The notes under the pieces are model-generated. The model made no database searches. It saw only the letters and a program-made list of their open reading frames with translations, and was not told where the DNA came from. The translations under genes and the position numbers were made by a program. A DNA stretch of 63,748 nucleotides, the filler included, from Octopus bimaculoides (taxonomy: Eukaryota), in the NCBI RefSeq assembly GCF_001194135.2. It is 5 parts of 4 records of this genome, joined end to end, with 100 filler letters (N's around TTAATTAATTAA, not from the genome) between each part and the next. Parts side by side here need not be neighbours in the genome. Positions count along the whole stretch, not along the records: positions 1 to 14,582 come from NC_068981.1; 4 more parts are not named here. One strand, given 5' to 3'. Positions 1 through 12,289 of this stretch are shown piece by piece (the stretch's first letter is position 1; every line of letters begins with the position of its first letter).

Positions 1-351
1 CCTCTCCCTCTCTCTCTCTCTGCCTCTGTGAAAGTATCTGTCATTACAGTATCGAAATGTGATTGTTTCAGCTAGTGGAATAGTTTCATTTTTAAAGTGA
101 AAGTATTTGACATGAGTGTTTTTGTTTCACTTTTGACACGTAATACTTAAATAGTGGAGGAGATATTATGTTGCCGTGGGCTCGAACTCTGCAAGAAGTT
201 AAAAATTTTTTTTGACTAAAACACAACTGGAACCCTAAGTAAGGCATGTGTAAAATTTGAATGAAATTGGTTGCGTAGTTCTCGAGTTTTAGGGATTGAC
301 AGACAGACAGACAGACAGACAGACACACATTCTCATTTTTATATATATAGA
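1..351 (-). mobile_element. 5' part of a non-autonomous Helitron (Lep1-like architecture)
   Basis: Minus strand starts A|TCTATATATATAAAAATGAG at 351 (Helitron A/TC junction), followed by a (GTCT)n microsatellite and a CTCGAGAACTACGCAACCAATTTC segment, the layout of Lep1-type elements. The 3' end is not in the window. Confidence 0.55.
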
Positions 352-734
352 TTAATAGTATTAATTATAATAAAGTGCTAATCGGTTAAATGTAATTTTA
401 TTTATTTACTAGTAGGTGGTTAAGCCTTTCCACCTGTTGTCCGATGTTGTCCAATGTTCAATGTAATTGGTCAATTGAAATAAAATTGCAGTGAATTAAT
501 GAATAATGATTGATGTAAGTCAATTGTTGTTCATCAGTACTTCTCCATTTCCTGTTTTCTTTAAATTTTGATTCTTGATAAACCCATGTTTATCCTTGTC
601 TTTACTTATAATTTAGGAGCATAATATGCTTGCATATGTATGTCCATGGTTAAACATAAGTAATATACCAGTAGTGTAATGGATACAACTATCCCTTAGA
701 TGGTTATTTTAACCTCTAACTCAATTAACCTTTG

Positions 735-777
<43 letters not shown>

Positions 778-787
778 NNNNNNNNNN

Positions 788-829
<42 letters not shown>

Positions 830-1683
830 CACTTTTCCATGCTTACATGTATCAGGTAGATTTTGTATGGCTGGATGCTCTTTCTGTTGCCAAACTTCAC
901 CTGTTTCCAAGCAGGGTATTACTTTATCATATCCAAACATGATTTCATGGAAGATTGGAAACAAAAAACGCCCTTACATGACATTGACAACTATTTCCTG
1001 ATGTTAAGTCAAGGAGACAGTAAAAACACACAATGAATAAGAGAAAATTGCTACAATTGTTTCCACACATTGTTACACCTATTGTACCTGGGGAGATGAT
1101 TTAATTAACATATCATATATTAACTATCACCCATCAAAAATGTAAAATGTAGTTCTTCAGATGATTGTTTTAAATAATTCCTTCGTTAGATCAGATTGTC
1201 ATTTCACTCAGTATGAAAATGAATACCCGAAGTAGTGTACTATTTTCTATCAATTTTCACACAGAACTAAACCCATAAATATAGTGACACACAAACCGCA
1301 AGTATAATCACAATACAACATGCAAATACAAAAAAACTAACACAAAATAACTGTCAAGTTAATTATAAATATCTGTCCTTGTGGTCAGATAATAAGGAAG
1401 AAAAAAATGAGTAAAATAAAATTAAGTGTCTAGAGATAACAATGTAATAAAGTGATAAATACTAACCATTTCTGTATTTATCAACTGTTTACTAGAAAAG
1501 GATCTAAGCTACTCTCTGTTTCTTACAACAAAACATTATGACTCCATTATGAAGTTAATTGTTTTGAAACAATTAGAAAAGTAAGTTACTCAGTAAACTC
1601 ACCCCGGCATACATATTCTTTCATGCACCCACATACAAGGTAGTGTATTTAGTTTTATATATATATATATATTCTTCGTGCGG

Positions 1684-1936
1684 GTGACACGTAAAAGCAC
1701 CCACTACACTCTCTGAGTGGTTGGCGTTAGGAAGGGCATCCAGCTGTAGAAACTCTGCCAAATTAGATTGGAGCCTGGTGTTGCCATCCGGTTTCACCAG
1801 TCCTCAGTCAAATCGTCCAACCCATGCTAGCATNNNNNNNNNNGTGTTGCCATCCGGTTTCACCAGTCCTCAGTCAAATCGTCCAACCCATGCTAGCATG
1901 GAAAGCGGGCGTTAAACGATGATGATGATGATGATG

Positions 1937-1937
<1 letters not shown>
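1684..1937 (+). mobile_element. 3' tail of an RTE-type LINE (or RTE-tailed SINE)
   Basis: Ends CCAACCCATGCTAGCATGGAAAGCGGGCGTTAAACGATGATGATG; the same sequence is linked to an RTE RT fragment at 7731-8862. A ~48-bp duplication across the 10-N gap at 1834-1843 is likely an assembly artefact. Confidence 0.75.
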
Positions 1938-1992
<55 letters not shown>

Positions 1993-2327
1993 TTATTTAT
2001 ATACCTCACATCTCTTTCTTCTCTCTGTCTTTATCTCTCTCACTTTCCAGTTGGGCAGGCCATGAATTCACCACTTCAGTAAGACATCTGTTCTTCTCCC
2101 TCTATCATAGTGTCTTTCTCCAGTCTATACCTCACTCAGTTGAGGGGTCTTATTTTGCAGGCACTCTGCAACCTCACTTGTACTGATGTGTCATGTAAAA
2201 AGTGCCCAATACACTCTGTTAGGTGACTGGCATTAGGAAGGGCGTCCAGCTGTAGCAACTATGCCAAAGCAGACATAGAATCTGGCAGAGCCCTCTGGCT
2301 CGTTTGTTCTTGTTGAACTGTCTAACC

Positions 2328-2400
2328 CAGTGTTTCTCAACCTTTTTACACTTGCGTAACCCTTAAAATAAATTACATATCTCAAGGAATCCCTGCACAA
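2328..2400 (+). mobile_element. hAT/Charlie-type MITE, one terminus only
   Basis: CAGTGTTTCTCAACCT terminus resembling the TIR of the complete element at 21098-21265; no partner TIR found. Confidence 0.4.
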
Positions 2401-2557
2401 AAAAATTATATACCATATCTTTCTCATATTGTTTTCATCATAATTCATGTAGTAAATATGATATATATTTGTTATATTTGTTATATTTTCAACATCAAAA
2501 TCAAATTAAACCACAACCAAATGGAAATTGTAGTTGTGGCTGATACAAGTGCCACCT

Positions 2558-2805
2558 GACTGGCTCCCCGTGCCGGTGGCACATAAGAAGCACCATCTGG
2601 ACGTGGTTCATGCCAGCCCCCTCACCCTTACTGGCTTCTGTGCTGGTGTCACGTAAAAAGCACCCACTACACTCTCAGAGTGATTGGCGTTAGGAAGGGC
2701 ATCCAGCTGTAGAAACACTGCCAGATCAGATTAGAGCCTGGTGCTTGCCAAAACCCAAACTGTCCAACCCATGCCAGCATGGAAAATGGACATTAAACGA
2801 TGATG

Positions 2806-2806
<1 letters not shown>
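2558..2806 (+). mobile_element. Diverged RTE-type 3' tail
   Basis: Two GTGCC/GGCAC-ACGTAAAAAGCACC-type repeat units, then the tail shared with 1684-1937, ending in (GAT)n. Confidence 0.7.
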
Positions 2807-2844
<38 letters not shown>

Positions 2845-2845
<1 letters not shown>

Positions 2846-3053
2846 GGAGTGGCTGTGTGGTAAGTAGCTTGCTTACCAACCACATGGTCCCAGGTTCAGT
2901 CCCACTGCATGGCATCTTGGGCAAGTGTCTTCTACTATAGCCTTGGGCTGACCAAAGCCTTGTGAGTGGATTTGGTAGACGGAAACTGAAAGAAGCCCGC
3001 CGTATATATGTATATATATGTGTATGTGTTTGTGTGTCTGTGTTTGTCACCCC
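2845..3053 (+). mobile_element. tRNA-derived SINE family A, 3'-truncated
   Basis: GGAGTGGCTGTGTGGTAAG (A-box-like) ... GGTTCAGTCCC (B-box-like); matches copies at 3625, 15676, 21429, 22116, 50491 and 53485. Confidence 0.85.
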
Positions 3054-3624
3054 ACTTGGCACAGATTGACCTTAAACTCTGCTGTACATGTAGACTATTT
3101 TAATGTTCTAGTTCACTTTGTGTTATGCACTGGAACTGAGCCTAAAATCATGTGGTTGGCAAGTAAACTTCTTACCATTCAGCCACCCCTGCACTTATCA
3201 TCATCATCTAATGTCTATTTTCCACTCTGAATGGGCTGGACAGTTGCACAGGAACTGATAAGTCAGAAGACTGCACCAATCCCTGATGTCTGCTTTGGCA
3301 TTGTTTCTATTGTTGGATGCCCTTCCTAACATCAAATATTTCAGTAATATTTCACCCATCTTGTATCTTTCATTCAGTCAATTCATATCCATTACTGAAT
3401 GTGTTTGATGCCCAGTTTTCTTAATTTGCTTAGCCTTCCCCACTCTCACAAGTTCAGATTGTGCTTACATTATTTTTCACTCATCTGCTGTCTCTGCTCT
3501 CACTTCATATTATCACTACTATGATGGACCCTGCTTTGAAATCATCTTTTAACAAGGAACATTTCTATAAAATTTAAAAACTGTCATCTAATTCAATCAT
3601 GTTTCTGTTAGTTTCATAAATATA

Positions 3625-4342
3625 GGCGCAGGAGTGGCTGTGTGGTAAGTAGCTTGCTAACCAACCATATGGTTCCAGGTTCAGTCCCACTGCGTGGCAC
3701 CCTGGGCGAGTGTCTTCTACTATAGCCTCGGGCTGACCAAAGCCTTGTGAGTGGATTTGGTAGACGGAAACTGAAAGAAGCCCGTGGTATATATATATAT
3801 TTGTGTGTCTGTGTTTGTCCCCCCAACATCGCTTGACAACTGATGCTGGTGTGTTTACGTTCCCTTAACTTAGCGGTTCGGCAAAAGAGACCGATAGAAT
3901 AAGTACTAGGCTTACAAAGAATGTCTTGGGTTCGATTTGCTCGACTAAAGGCGGTGCTCCAGCATGGCCACAGTCAAACGANNNNNNNNNNAGCTTGCTA
4001 ACCAACCATATGGTTCCAGGTTCAGTCCCACTGCGTGGCACCCTGGGCGAGTGTCTTCTACTATAGCCTCGGGCTGACCAAAGCCTTGTGAGTGGATTTG
4101 GTAGACGGAAACTGAAAGAAGCCCGTGGTATATATATATATTTGTGTGTCTGTGTTTGTCCCCCCAACATCGCTTGACAACTGATGCTGGTGTGTTTACG
4201 TTCCCTTAACTTAGCGGTTCGGCAAAAGAGACCGATAGAATAAGTACTAGGCTTACAAAGAATGTCTTGGGTTCGATTTGCTCGACTAAAGGCGGTGCTC
4301 CAGCATGGCCACAGTCAAACGACTGAAACAAGTAAAAGAAAA
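3625..4342 (+). mobile_element. SINE family A, full length, duplicated across a 10-N gap
   Basis: Full element with central (TA)n/(TG)n and tail CCAGCATGGCCACAGTCAAACGACTGAAACAAGTAAAAGA. 3652-3981 appears identical to 3992-4321 across the gap at 3982-3991, which suggests an unmerged contig overlap. Confidence 0.85.
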
Positions 4343-4941
4343 GGAATAAATCCACAAAATATTAGCCTTTAGTTTGGTGCTGCTGTCAAAATTACTCTTT
4401 GTTGAAGATTCCTTAATTGCAAGACTTAAAGAATAGTATTATTTAAATGTAAGCAAATCATTAAACTCTTAAATAAATGATATAAACTGTTTGTATAAAG
4501 GTTGGTAGCTATAACTAAGTGGTTATTGGGATGATTGTTTTTCATTTTTTCTTTCATTTTTTTTTTATCATTTTCATTCACTAAAATTTATATGTTGAGT
4601 ATCATGACAGATAAAAAAAAGTCTCATTGCATTGCCAAGGTTTATGTGACTGGTTTTCCGTTTTATATTTATTGTAATAAAATTAATCTTACTTAGATAA
4701 GCATAATACACTAGTATAGTTTACTAGTGTATTCAACAAAAAGTGTCTTTTGATTGCTCTTTTATGTTTTTTATTTTTCCTTTTTTTTTTTTACTTTATT
4801 GATGTTATACTGGTTTTTCTTTTTATCTTGATATATTCAATAATATATAGGCAGACCCAATAGACTAGTAGATTTTTCAAAAAATTTCCTCTTCAGTCAC
4901 AAATGTTTTTTAACTTTATTGTTATAATGGGATACGGTTGG

Positions 4942-5342
4942 ATCATCATCATCATCATCATCGTTTAACGTCCGCTTTCCATGCTAGCATGGGTTGGACG
5001 ATTTGACTGAGGACTGGTGAAACCGGATGGCAACACCAAGCTCCAGTCTGATTTGGCAGAGTTTCTACAGCTGGATGCCCTTCCTAACGCCAACCACTCT
5101 GAGAGTGTAGTGGGTGCTTTTACGTGTCACCCGCACGAAAACGGCCACGCTCGAAATGGTGTCTTTTATGTGCCACCCGCACAAGCCAGTCCAGGGGCGC
5201 TGGCAACGATCTCGCTCGAAAATCCTACAGGAGCCAGTCAGGCGGTACTGGCAACGGCCACGCTCAAAATGGTGCATCTCATGTGCCACCCGCACAAGAA
5301 CCAGTCCAGGGGCACTGGCAACGATCTTACTTGGCTTGCCGG
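4942..5342 (-). mobile_element. RTE-type LINE 3' UTR with internal tandem units
   Basis: Reverse complement of the 1684-1937 tail with a (CAT)n end; near-identical to 7731-7949; contains repeated GGCCACGCTC..AAATGGTG..GTGCCACCCGCACAAG units. Confidence 0.8.
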
Positions 5343-5809
5343 GTATTTATTATTACATATTTTCTTGTTTCTTTGCTATTACCTGAATGTTTCTATTCAA
5401 CTAATTGTGATTAAAAATAGGTATTTTGTAAGCTATGCATGTCCTTATTTGAGAGTGCCTTATCCTAAATACACATGCTATCAAAATTGCTGGGCTGCAG
5501 ACATGTGTACCTTACTGAAAGCCTATCTTGTGTATCAAAGGGAGGCTAAAGGGCATTCATGGAACACAGCATTGGTCTCCAAAACTCCACTTTAAAGATA
5601 TTATAAACTAGAACTTTAGTGTCCTTGACATTAACTAAAATAGTGAGAGACTGTTGTTGGTGACAAACATTTGTGGAGGTTGGCAATCCCACAAGCTTGA
5701 TAGAAATCAGTGAAAAACGATAAATAAGAAAGTGACAAGAAGAAAACAAGAAAACAGTTCATTTTGAAACATGTTGGGACAGTCAATGTAAACAGTAGTA
5801 ATAGTAGTT

Positions 5810-5842
<33 letters not shown>

Positions 5843-6539
5843 TTTTCTTTAGAGCTCAAAGAAATAGAAAAAATATAAATTTTATATATGTACATACACA
5901 CATGTATACATATACACACACAGATCTGCATGGAAATAAAGAAGTACAATAAAACACACAATAATTAAAACAAGATATGATTAAAATAAAAATAGATTTG
6001 TGGTTAAGATAGGTTAGGACACTCTACAACCCCATTCTCTCAAACCATGTCTCCAATTGGGTTTAAGTACAACTAAATGCACTCCTATGTAGAAGTGTTT
6101 TTCTGTATTAACTATCTCAAAAGCTAGTTAATATAGAAAAACACCAATGTCTTGTGTGTATTCTCTTTTAAGTTCAGTGGTTTTAATTTTACTAATAATC
6201 TATTTTTTGCATGTTTATATTCTGAACTGTTTTTTTTTTTTTCTTTTGTACCATCGTAACTTCTTCAGAAAGTCTCTGGCATCAGGAATGCATAATTTTG
6301 TCTTTTAACTGTTTGTTTGATTTTTTTAAGTACAGTTCATCTTTGTTCTTTTAATTTTCTTTACTATTTTCCTGAGGATGAATTTTGTCATTTGAAATAA
6401 ATTGTTCTCCTCAGCTGTTTTCTCTTGTATTATGTTGAGTTTTCTTTTTCTGTGATTCTTTTTTTTTTCCTTTTGTATTTTCATCAACCATTTGTAAATT
6501 TTCATGTGTAATTAATTCTTCCTAATACCACAATGAAGG

Positions 6540-7648
6540 TGTGGTACTACTACTACTGGTTGGCACTGTTAAGGGACAAGGTGTTTGATCATTTATCTCT
6601 ACATGACAGAAAGATGTTTTCTGCTATCCCTACATCTTTGGCTGGTGATACTCTGGAAACTCGGATTTGTTGTTCTTCTTACTATTGCTGTTGATCTTCC
6701 ATCAAATACAGCAACTATATTTTCTGCATTGTATCATTAATCTCGTGCTCTTTGTCTCAGTACCTTCTACTAGTCACAATTCTGATATGGCTGTCTGGCC
6801 TTTGGATGTCATTAGGACTTGTAAATCCATTTTGACACCCACTGAGCATTTGTTACCTTTCATTAACACTACTTTGATCATTCTTCCATACTGTGATTAT
6901 TGCCCATAAACGTGACTACAGCCATCAATGTCTATCATTTCTGATGACTCTTATTGTCACCCTTGTGTTTCTTTGACTCATATACTACGTCACAAATGTA
7001 GTCAGAGCTGTATTTGACAATTACAGTCTGTATTGGCTACATTATGACAGATAGAGCAGACAGTGCCGCAGTTTTTGCTTTTTCAATTGAAACAACTGCT
7101 TTCATTGTGTCCTGAGGAATCTTGTGTTACTTGTCTTGAGGGAAAATTTAATCCACTTCTATCTTTTTGTAAGCAGAGATAGTCTTCCAGTGAGATTACT
7201 TGATATCGTATCTAAGGCACAATCAACCCATAGATTGAATATGAATGCTTGTGAAGACACATAAAAGTTGAACATGGGCATTTATTTATCACTCAGAAAT
7301 TACTAATATGTTCCAGTTCTATCTCTGTGACTTTGTCAAAGTGCAAATGTGATGCACAATTTCTATGTGCCCCACTTCTATGCTCCTACCTTCTTAACAT
7401 TATGTGCAATAGATTCCTGATCTTCTCATTCTGCAGACAGTACATATATACAAATTTCTTGTATAGACTTCTTGTATGGCTCTCACTAACATCCCTGTTT
7501 GACACCTTGTAAAATATCAATACTCTTCACTTAATACAAACTTTCATTGTTTTGTGACTGGCTTTTGTCATCCATAAGTAAGTGCAGTATTGTAAGCCAA
7601 AGTCAAATGAAACTTCCTTACTTTGGTGGCTCATTGTTCGTAGTTTAT
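6540..7648 (-). pseudogene. Old degenerate RTE-like reverse transcriptase relic
   Basis: Minus strand near 7480-7520 reads ...SIDILQGVKQGC (GVRQGC-type RT motif); many stops and frameshifts. Boundaries are approximate. Confidence 0.4.
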
Positions 7649-8955
7649 GCACTGTCTGCTCTATCTGTCATAATGTAGCCAATACAGACTGTAATTGTCA
7701 AATACAGCTCTGACTACATTTGTGACGTAGTCATCATCATCATCATCATCGTTTAACGTCCGCTTTCCATGCTAGCATGGGTTGGACGATTTGACTGAGG
7801 ACTGGTGAAACCGGATGGCAACACCAGGCTCCAGTCTGATTTGGCAGAGTTTCTACAGCTGGATGCCCTTCCTAACGCCAACCACTCAGAGAGTGTAGTG
7901 GGTGCTTTTACGTGTCACCCGCACGAAAACGGCCACGCTCGAAATGGTGNNNNNNNNNNNNNNNNNNNNNNNNNNNNNNNNNNNNNNNNNNNNNNNNNNN
8001 NNNNNNNNNNNNNNNNNNNNNNNNNNNNNNNNNNNNNNNNNNNNNNNNNNNNNNNNNNNNNNNNNNNNNNNNNNNNNNNNNNNNNNNNNNNNNNNNNNNN
8101 NNNNNNNNNNNNNNNNNNNNNNNNNNNNNNNNNNNNNNNNNNNNNNNNNNNNNNNNNNNNNNNNNNNNNNNNNNNNNNNNNNNNNNNNNNNNNNNNNNNN
8201 NNNNNNNNNNNNNNNNNNNNNNNNNNNNNNNNNNNNNNNNNNNNNNNNNNNNNNNNNNNNNNNNNNNNNNNNNNNNNNNNNNNNNNNNNNNNNNNNNNNN
8301 NNNNNNNNNNNNNNNNNNNNNNNNNNNNNNNNNNNNNNNNNNNNNNNNNNNNNNNNNNNNNNNNNNNNNNNNNNNNNNNNNNNNNNNNNNNNNNNNNNNN
8401 NNNNNNNNNNNNNNNNNNNNNNNNNNNNNNNNNNNNNNNNNNNNNNNNNNNNNNNNNNNNNNNNNNNNNNNNNNNNNNNNNNNNNNNNNNNNNNNNNNNN
8501 NNNNNNNNNNNNNNNNNNNNNNNNNNNNNNNNNNNNNNNNNNNNNNNNNNNNNNNNNNNNNNNNNNNNNNNNNNNNNNNNNNNNNNNNNNNNNNNNNNNN
8601 CAGGGGTAAGAGCTCTCTAAACTTTGCCCAGGCTATTCTTATTCTAGCAGCTACACTTTCAGCGCACCCACCCCCACTACTAACTTGGTCGCCCAGATAG
8701 CGGAAGCTATCGACTACCTCTAGTTTTTCACCCTGGAATGAGATAGAAGTTGTTTCCTGTTTGTTTGCAGTCTTTATTGCACCTGAACATCTGCCACAAA
8801 CAAAAACTAACTTGCTAGTTAACCTGCCTTTGATGTTGCTGCACCTCTTATGTGTCCATAGCTGAGTCAAAGAAACACAAGGGTGACAATAAGAGTCATC
8901 AGAAATGATAGACATTGATGGCTGTAGTCACGTTTATGGGCAATAATCACAGTAT
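6888..8955. repeat. ~179-bp inverted duplication whose right arm is split by a LINE
   Basis: By eye, 6888-6980 is the exact reverse complement of 8863-8955, and 6984-7066 is the exact reverse complement of 7649-7731. Confidence 0.9.
7731..8862 (-). mobile_element. Young 5'-truncated RTE-clade LINE (gap 7950-8600 inside)
   Basis: Open frame 8601-8862: LWTHKRCS...FVCGRC...EKLEVVDSFRYLGDQVSSGGGC...ARIRIAWAKFRELLPL, an RTE RT C-terminal region with the YLG motif. 3' UTR and (CAT)n tail lie at 7731-7949. Confidence 0.85.
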
Positions 8956-9229
8956 TCTTTTCATTTCCCTTTATATATAGCTATGCATTTGTCATGTATC
9001 ATTGTGTAAACCACACAAACATCAACAATGTGGTGTGATCTTAAATGTGGTGTGACATCGACACACCTTTGTCACACTCTTCTCATATCTTGTTTCTTAT
9101 ATTTTTCTGATTTCTTATATTTTTTCTGATTTCATGAAATTATGTTTTATGAAATAGTTATCATAGTCAATTATATAAGTCAATTCTAGTCAATTAATCA
9201 CGTTAAAAGTTTTGTCATATCTGGTAACT

Positions 9230-9990
9230 CTTAACAAATCAAACCCAAATTCATGAATCTTAAATTCATCATATGCAATAATTCTAATTTATTCATTTAA
9301 TGCATCAACATTCTACCTACCTTAATATATACATACCATCCCTTCTATATTTTAGTTATATCTTATACATTTAGTGTAAAACACATATTTGGAAGATTAC
9401 CAGGTTGCAGAACTACAACAAAATCTTTTGACTCTTTATAGTACACCATATTCTTAAGCAGTAAATGAAAATGACGGTAACTTTTTTTTTTTTTTTTATG
9501 GTTAGCATCAGTCTTAAGCTTCAACACATATTCTCAGATTAAGTCTCTTATTAATCAAATATATTCTGTATATACTTGTGTATAAGTTGCCCAATTTTAC
9601 TAACAATATTCTTGGTTCAGCTCTTGAATCATATATATATGTCACATGCTCTTATCATCAATATATGCTAAGATGAAGTTTCCATCAAAATATTCCAAAT
9701 TGATATATTTTTTCTCCATAAAATAACTAATAAGACTATTTGTAAACATATTCTTTGGTAGCTCTTAACAAATTAAACCTTCATTAATGAGCTCTTAATT
9801 TTCTTTATGCAATCATTCTATTATACTTATTTAATCCATCAATGCATGTTATCAAATTTCATCATGAAATTACAAAATAAGTAACAAAATACCAGCTGCC
9901 TTGCTATAAACATACCACTTCTTTGTATTTCAGTTATATCTTATACATTTTATGTTAAAAACATATTTGAATGATTATTGAGTAGATCAA
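9230..9990. repeat. Diverged local tandem duplication
   Basis: 9230-9410 and 9760-9980 share blocks such as CTCTTAACAAAT.AAACC and GTTATATCTTATACATTT...AAACA(C)ATATTTG. Confidence 0.6.
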
Positions 9991-10699
9991 ATTACATATC
10001 ATCAATATACAGACAATATACTGCAAGTCTCTGCTTTAGTTCCATTGCTTTCCTATTTTGTTAATAAGAGATAAGTTTATCTACAGTAAATTCCTTGCTT
10101 CAGAAATTATTACTAACAGGGAAAAGTTGAAATTTCATATTGTGTATATTTTCTTATTTCTGTTTTGATGCATAAATTTATGGATGTTCATAACATTGTT
10201 TCATTATATTAAAAATCTTGATTATGTCTTTGACTTCATTCCATTGTTAAAGTTGTTAAAAGCATAATGCTGAAACACACAATTTTCAGGACAGTTTGAA
10301 TAATATGCGTATTTTGACTTTAATTGTAAACGAATAATTACTGTGTGTTATTACACTATGAAATTACACAGTAAAATCAATATTTTATGAGCTGCACACT
10401 ATTGAGGACAATGTTACCTGATATAAAATGTAGTAATGTAATATGCGTTTGATAGAAATATATTGTTACAAGGTTTTGTTTTTATTTACTTGACAATTAT
10501 AATTTTCCTTAAGCAATGCTATAGCCAAACAAATGAAAATATACTGTAAACTACTACAAACAGTATATCATATGTATAACATAGATTATTTCAGTATGTT
10601 TTATCAAGTATTGTAAGAAAACTCTTAAAATGATTCATTTTTCACTATCACTCTTGAATACTCTTATCATTATATCATCACCAAGTTCAGCCCTAATGG

Positions 10700-12075
10700 A
10701 ATAATAATATAGGAGTGAATGTAAAAGAAAATGGCATCACTTGGAACTGTGCAAATCCTTTGCAGTGTTCTTGAAATCTTAATGAAGTGTGTTACTTTAG
10801 TCTATTGATTGTGGATAGCCAACATTTTGTTATATTACCTAGTAAAGTTGCTATGTTGAAAACTACTACAACAACAATGATAATAACAATTGCAACAACA
10901 GTAATAATTGTCCAGTTCATATCATCCTCTCGCTCACATCCCTGAATGAATTCTTCAGATAGTTTTTCATCCTCAATCCTGTGTATTTGAAATACCACAC
11001 ATTTTGAAAGACTTCACAATCATGTCATTAGGGTTTCTCTCCCAAATGTTTTAGTGTTTTTCACCTGTTTAACGACTATCTAGACCTTGATATTTTATGA
11101 CATCTTCCCATGTCATCAATTCTTTGTTTAGTGAAACCATTCATGTATTCCGCAATTTGCTGATATGTGTTTTAAAAATGTCAAGTTGAGTAAAATATCC
11201 AGTGGTTGCAGAACCAGTGTACATCTTGGAATGACAATTTATCTTCTGCTTCATTTCAGTTTTTGTGTATTTAATCTGCACAGATGTGCATAGAATTGAT
11301 CCCACACTGACAAAGATGCTATTTCAAATCAAGATCCAAGTCTTTTAATCATATTTTGTTTAGCCAAATTTGTTAAAATCCTGTCCATCTCTCTTTTGGG
11401 GTACACTTTGACTAGCACACCATTTGGAAAATATTCTTTGGTTTGGTTTTCTTTTCAAAAATTCCTATAGGTTTAAACTTGTCTCCATCAGCCATGCAAA
11501 CTAAAACTAACTTGAAATATTGTTTGTTATGGCCTGTGATTTTGACACTGACATTATAGTGTCTTGTAAAGCCTGCTGTAGCATAGCTTGGCATGTAAAA
11601 AAAAGTCTGCAGTATCATCTGTATTTCTGATTGATAACAAATTATCACAAAACAGTTAACATTCATTAATCACACTAACTTTTGAAATCTTTGAACTTCA
11701 GCCAATACACTTTGGTAATTTTTTTTTTAATAATATGAGTTCTTTAGTCCATTTCACAATCCTGATATTGCTAATACATGGAATTCTTGTGTGATATTGT
11801 ATTTTGAATTCATGAAAAATAGTACTGTTTTTGTCCTAATAAACAATAAATCCATTTGAAAGTAGTTTGCACACCTAAATATAAAGACATTCTCTAATTT
11901 CTTATAATCTGCTTTGCTTTTGGCATATCCTTAAAATGGTATCTACATTGTTATCACCAATCCCTTGCCACTTTTTCAGTGCTGAAAACTCCTTCTCAGT
12001 TCTATGATTGCCATGCTGTTTATCATATTCAAATAACTAGTTTAAAACTAGTTTCATAATATATAAAACTTGCTT
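10700..12075 (-). pseudogene. Degenerate pogo/Tigger-family DDE transposase
   Basis: Frameshifted segments: N-terminal YETSFKL.VI.EY.KQHGN...EKEFS (BrkDBD-like), central TGHNKQYFKLVLVCMADGDKFKPIGIFEKKTKPK (DDE_1-like) and C-terminal MIVKSFKMCG...IEDEKL. Confidence 0.75.
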
Positions 12076-12256
12076 GCACATAGTACTAGTATTTATCAAG
12101 ATTTTATGTAAGAATATTTTACTGTAAAGAGAATAGAATATCCTTTAACATTATAACCTTTTTGTTTTATAAACGAAAACACCTATGACACTAAAACAAA
12201 TCTCATACAGCATTGCAATACATTCATTACTCATTCATTCATGAAAGTGTTTAATT

Positions 12257-12288
<32 letters not shown>

Positions 12289-12289
<1 letters not shown>

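Noticed and set aside
5017-5595. 192-aa ORF, repeated at 7805
   Set aside because: It is the antisense reading of the RTE 3' UTR running into AT-rich flank.
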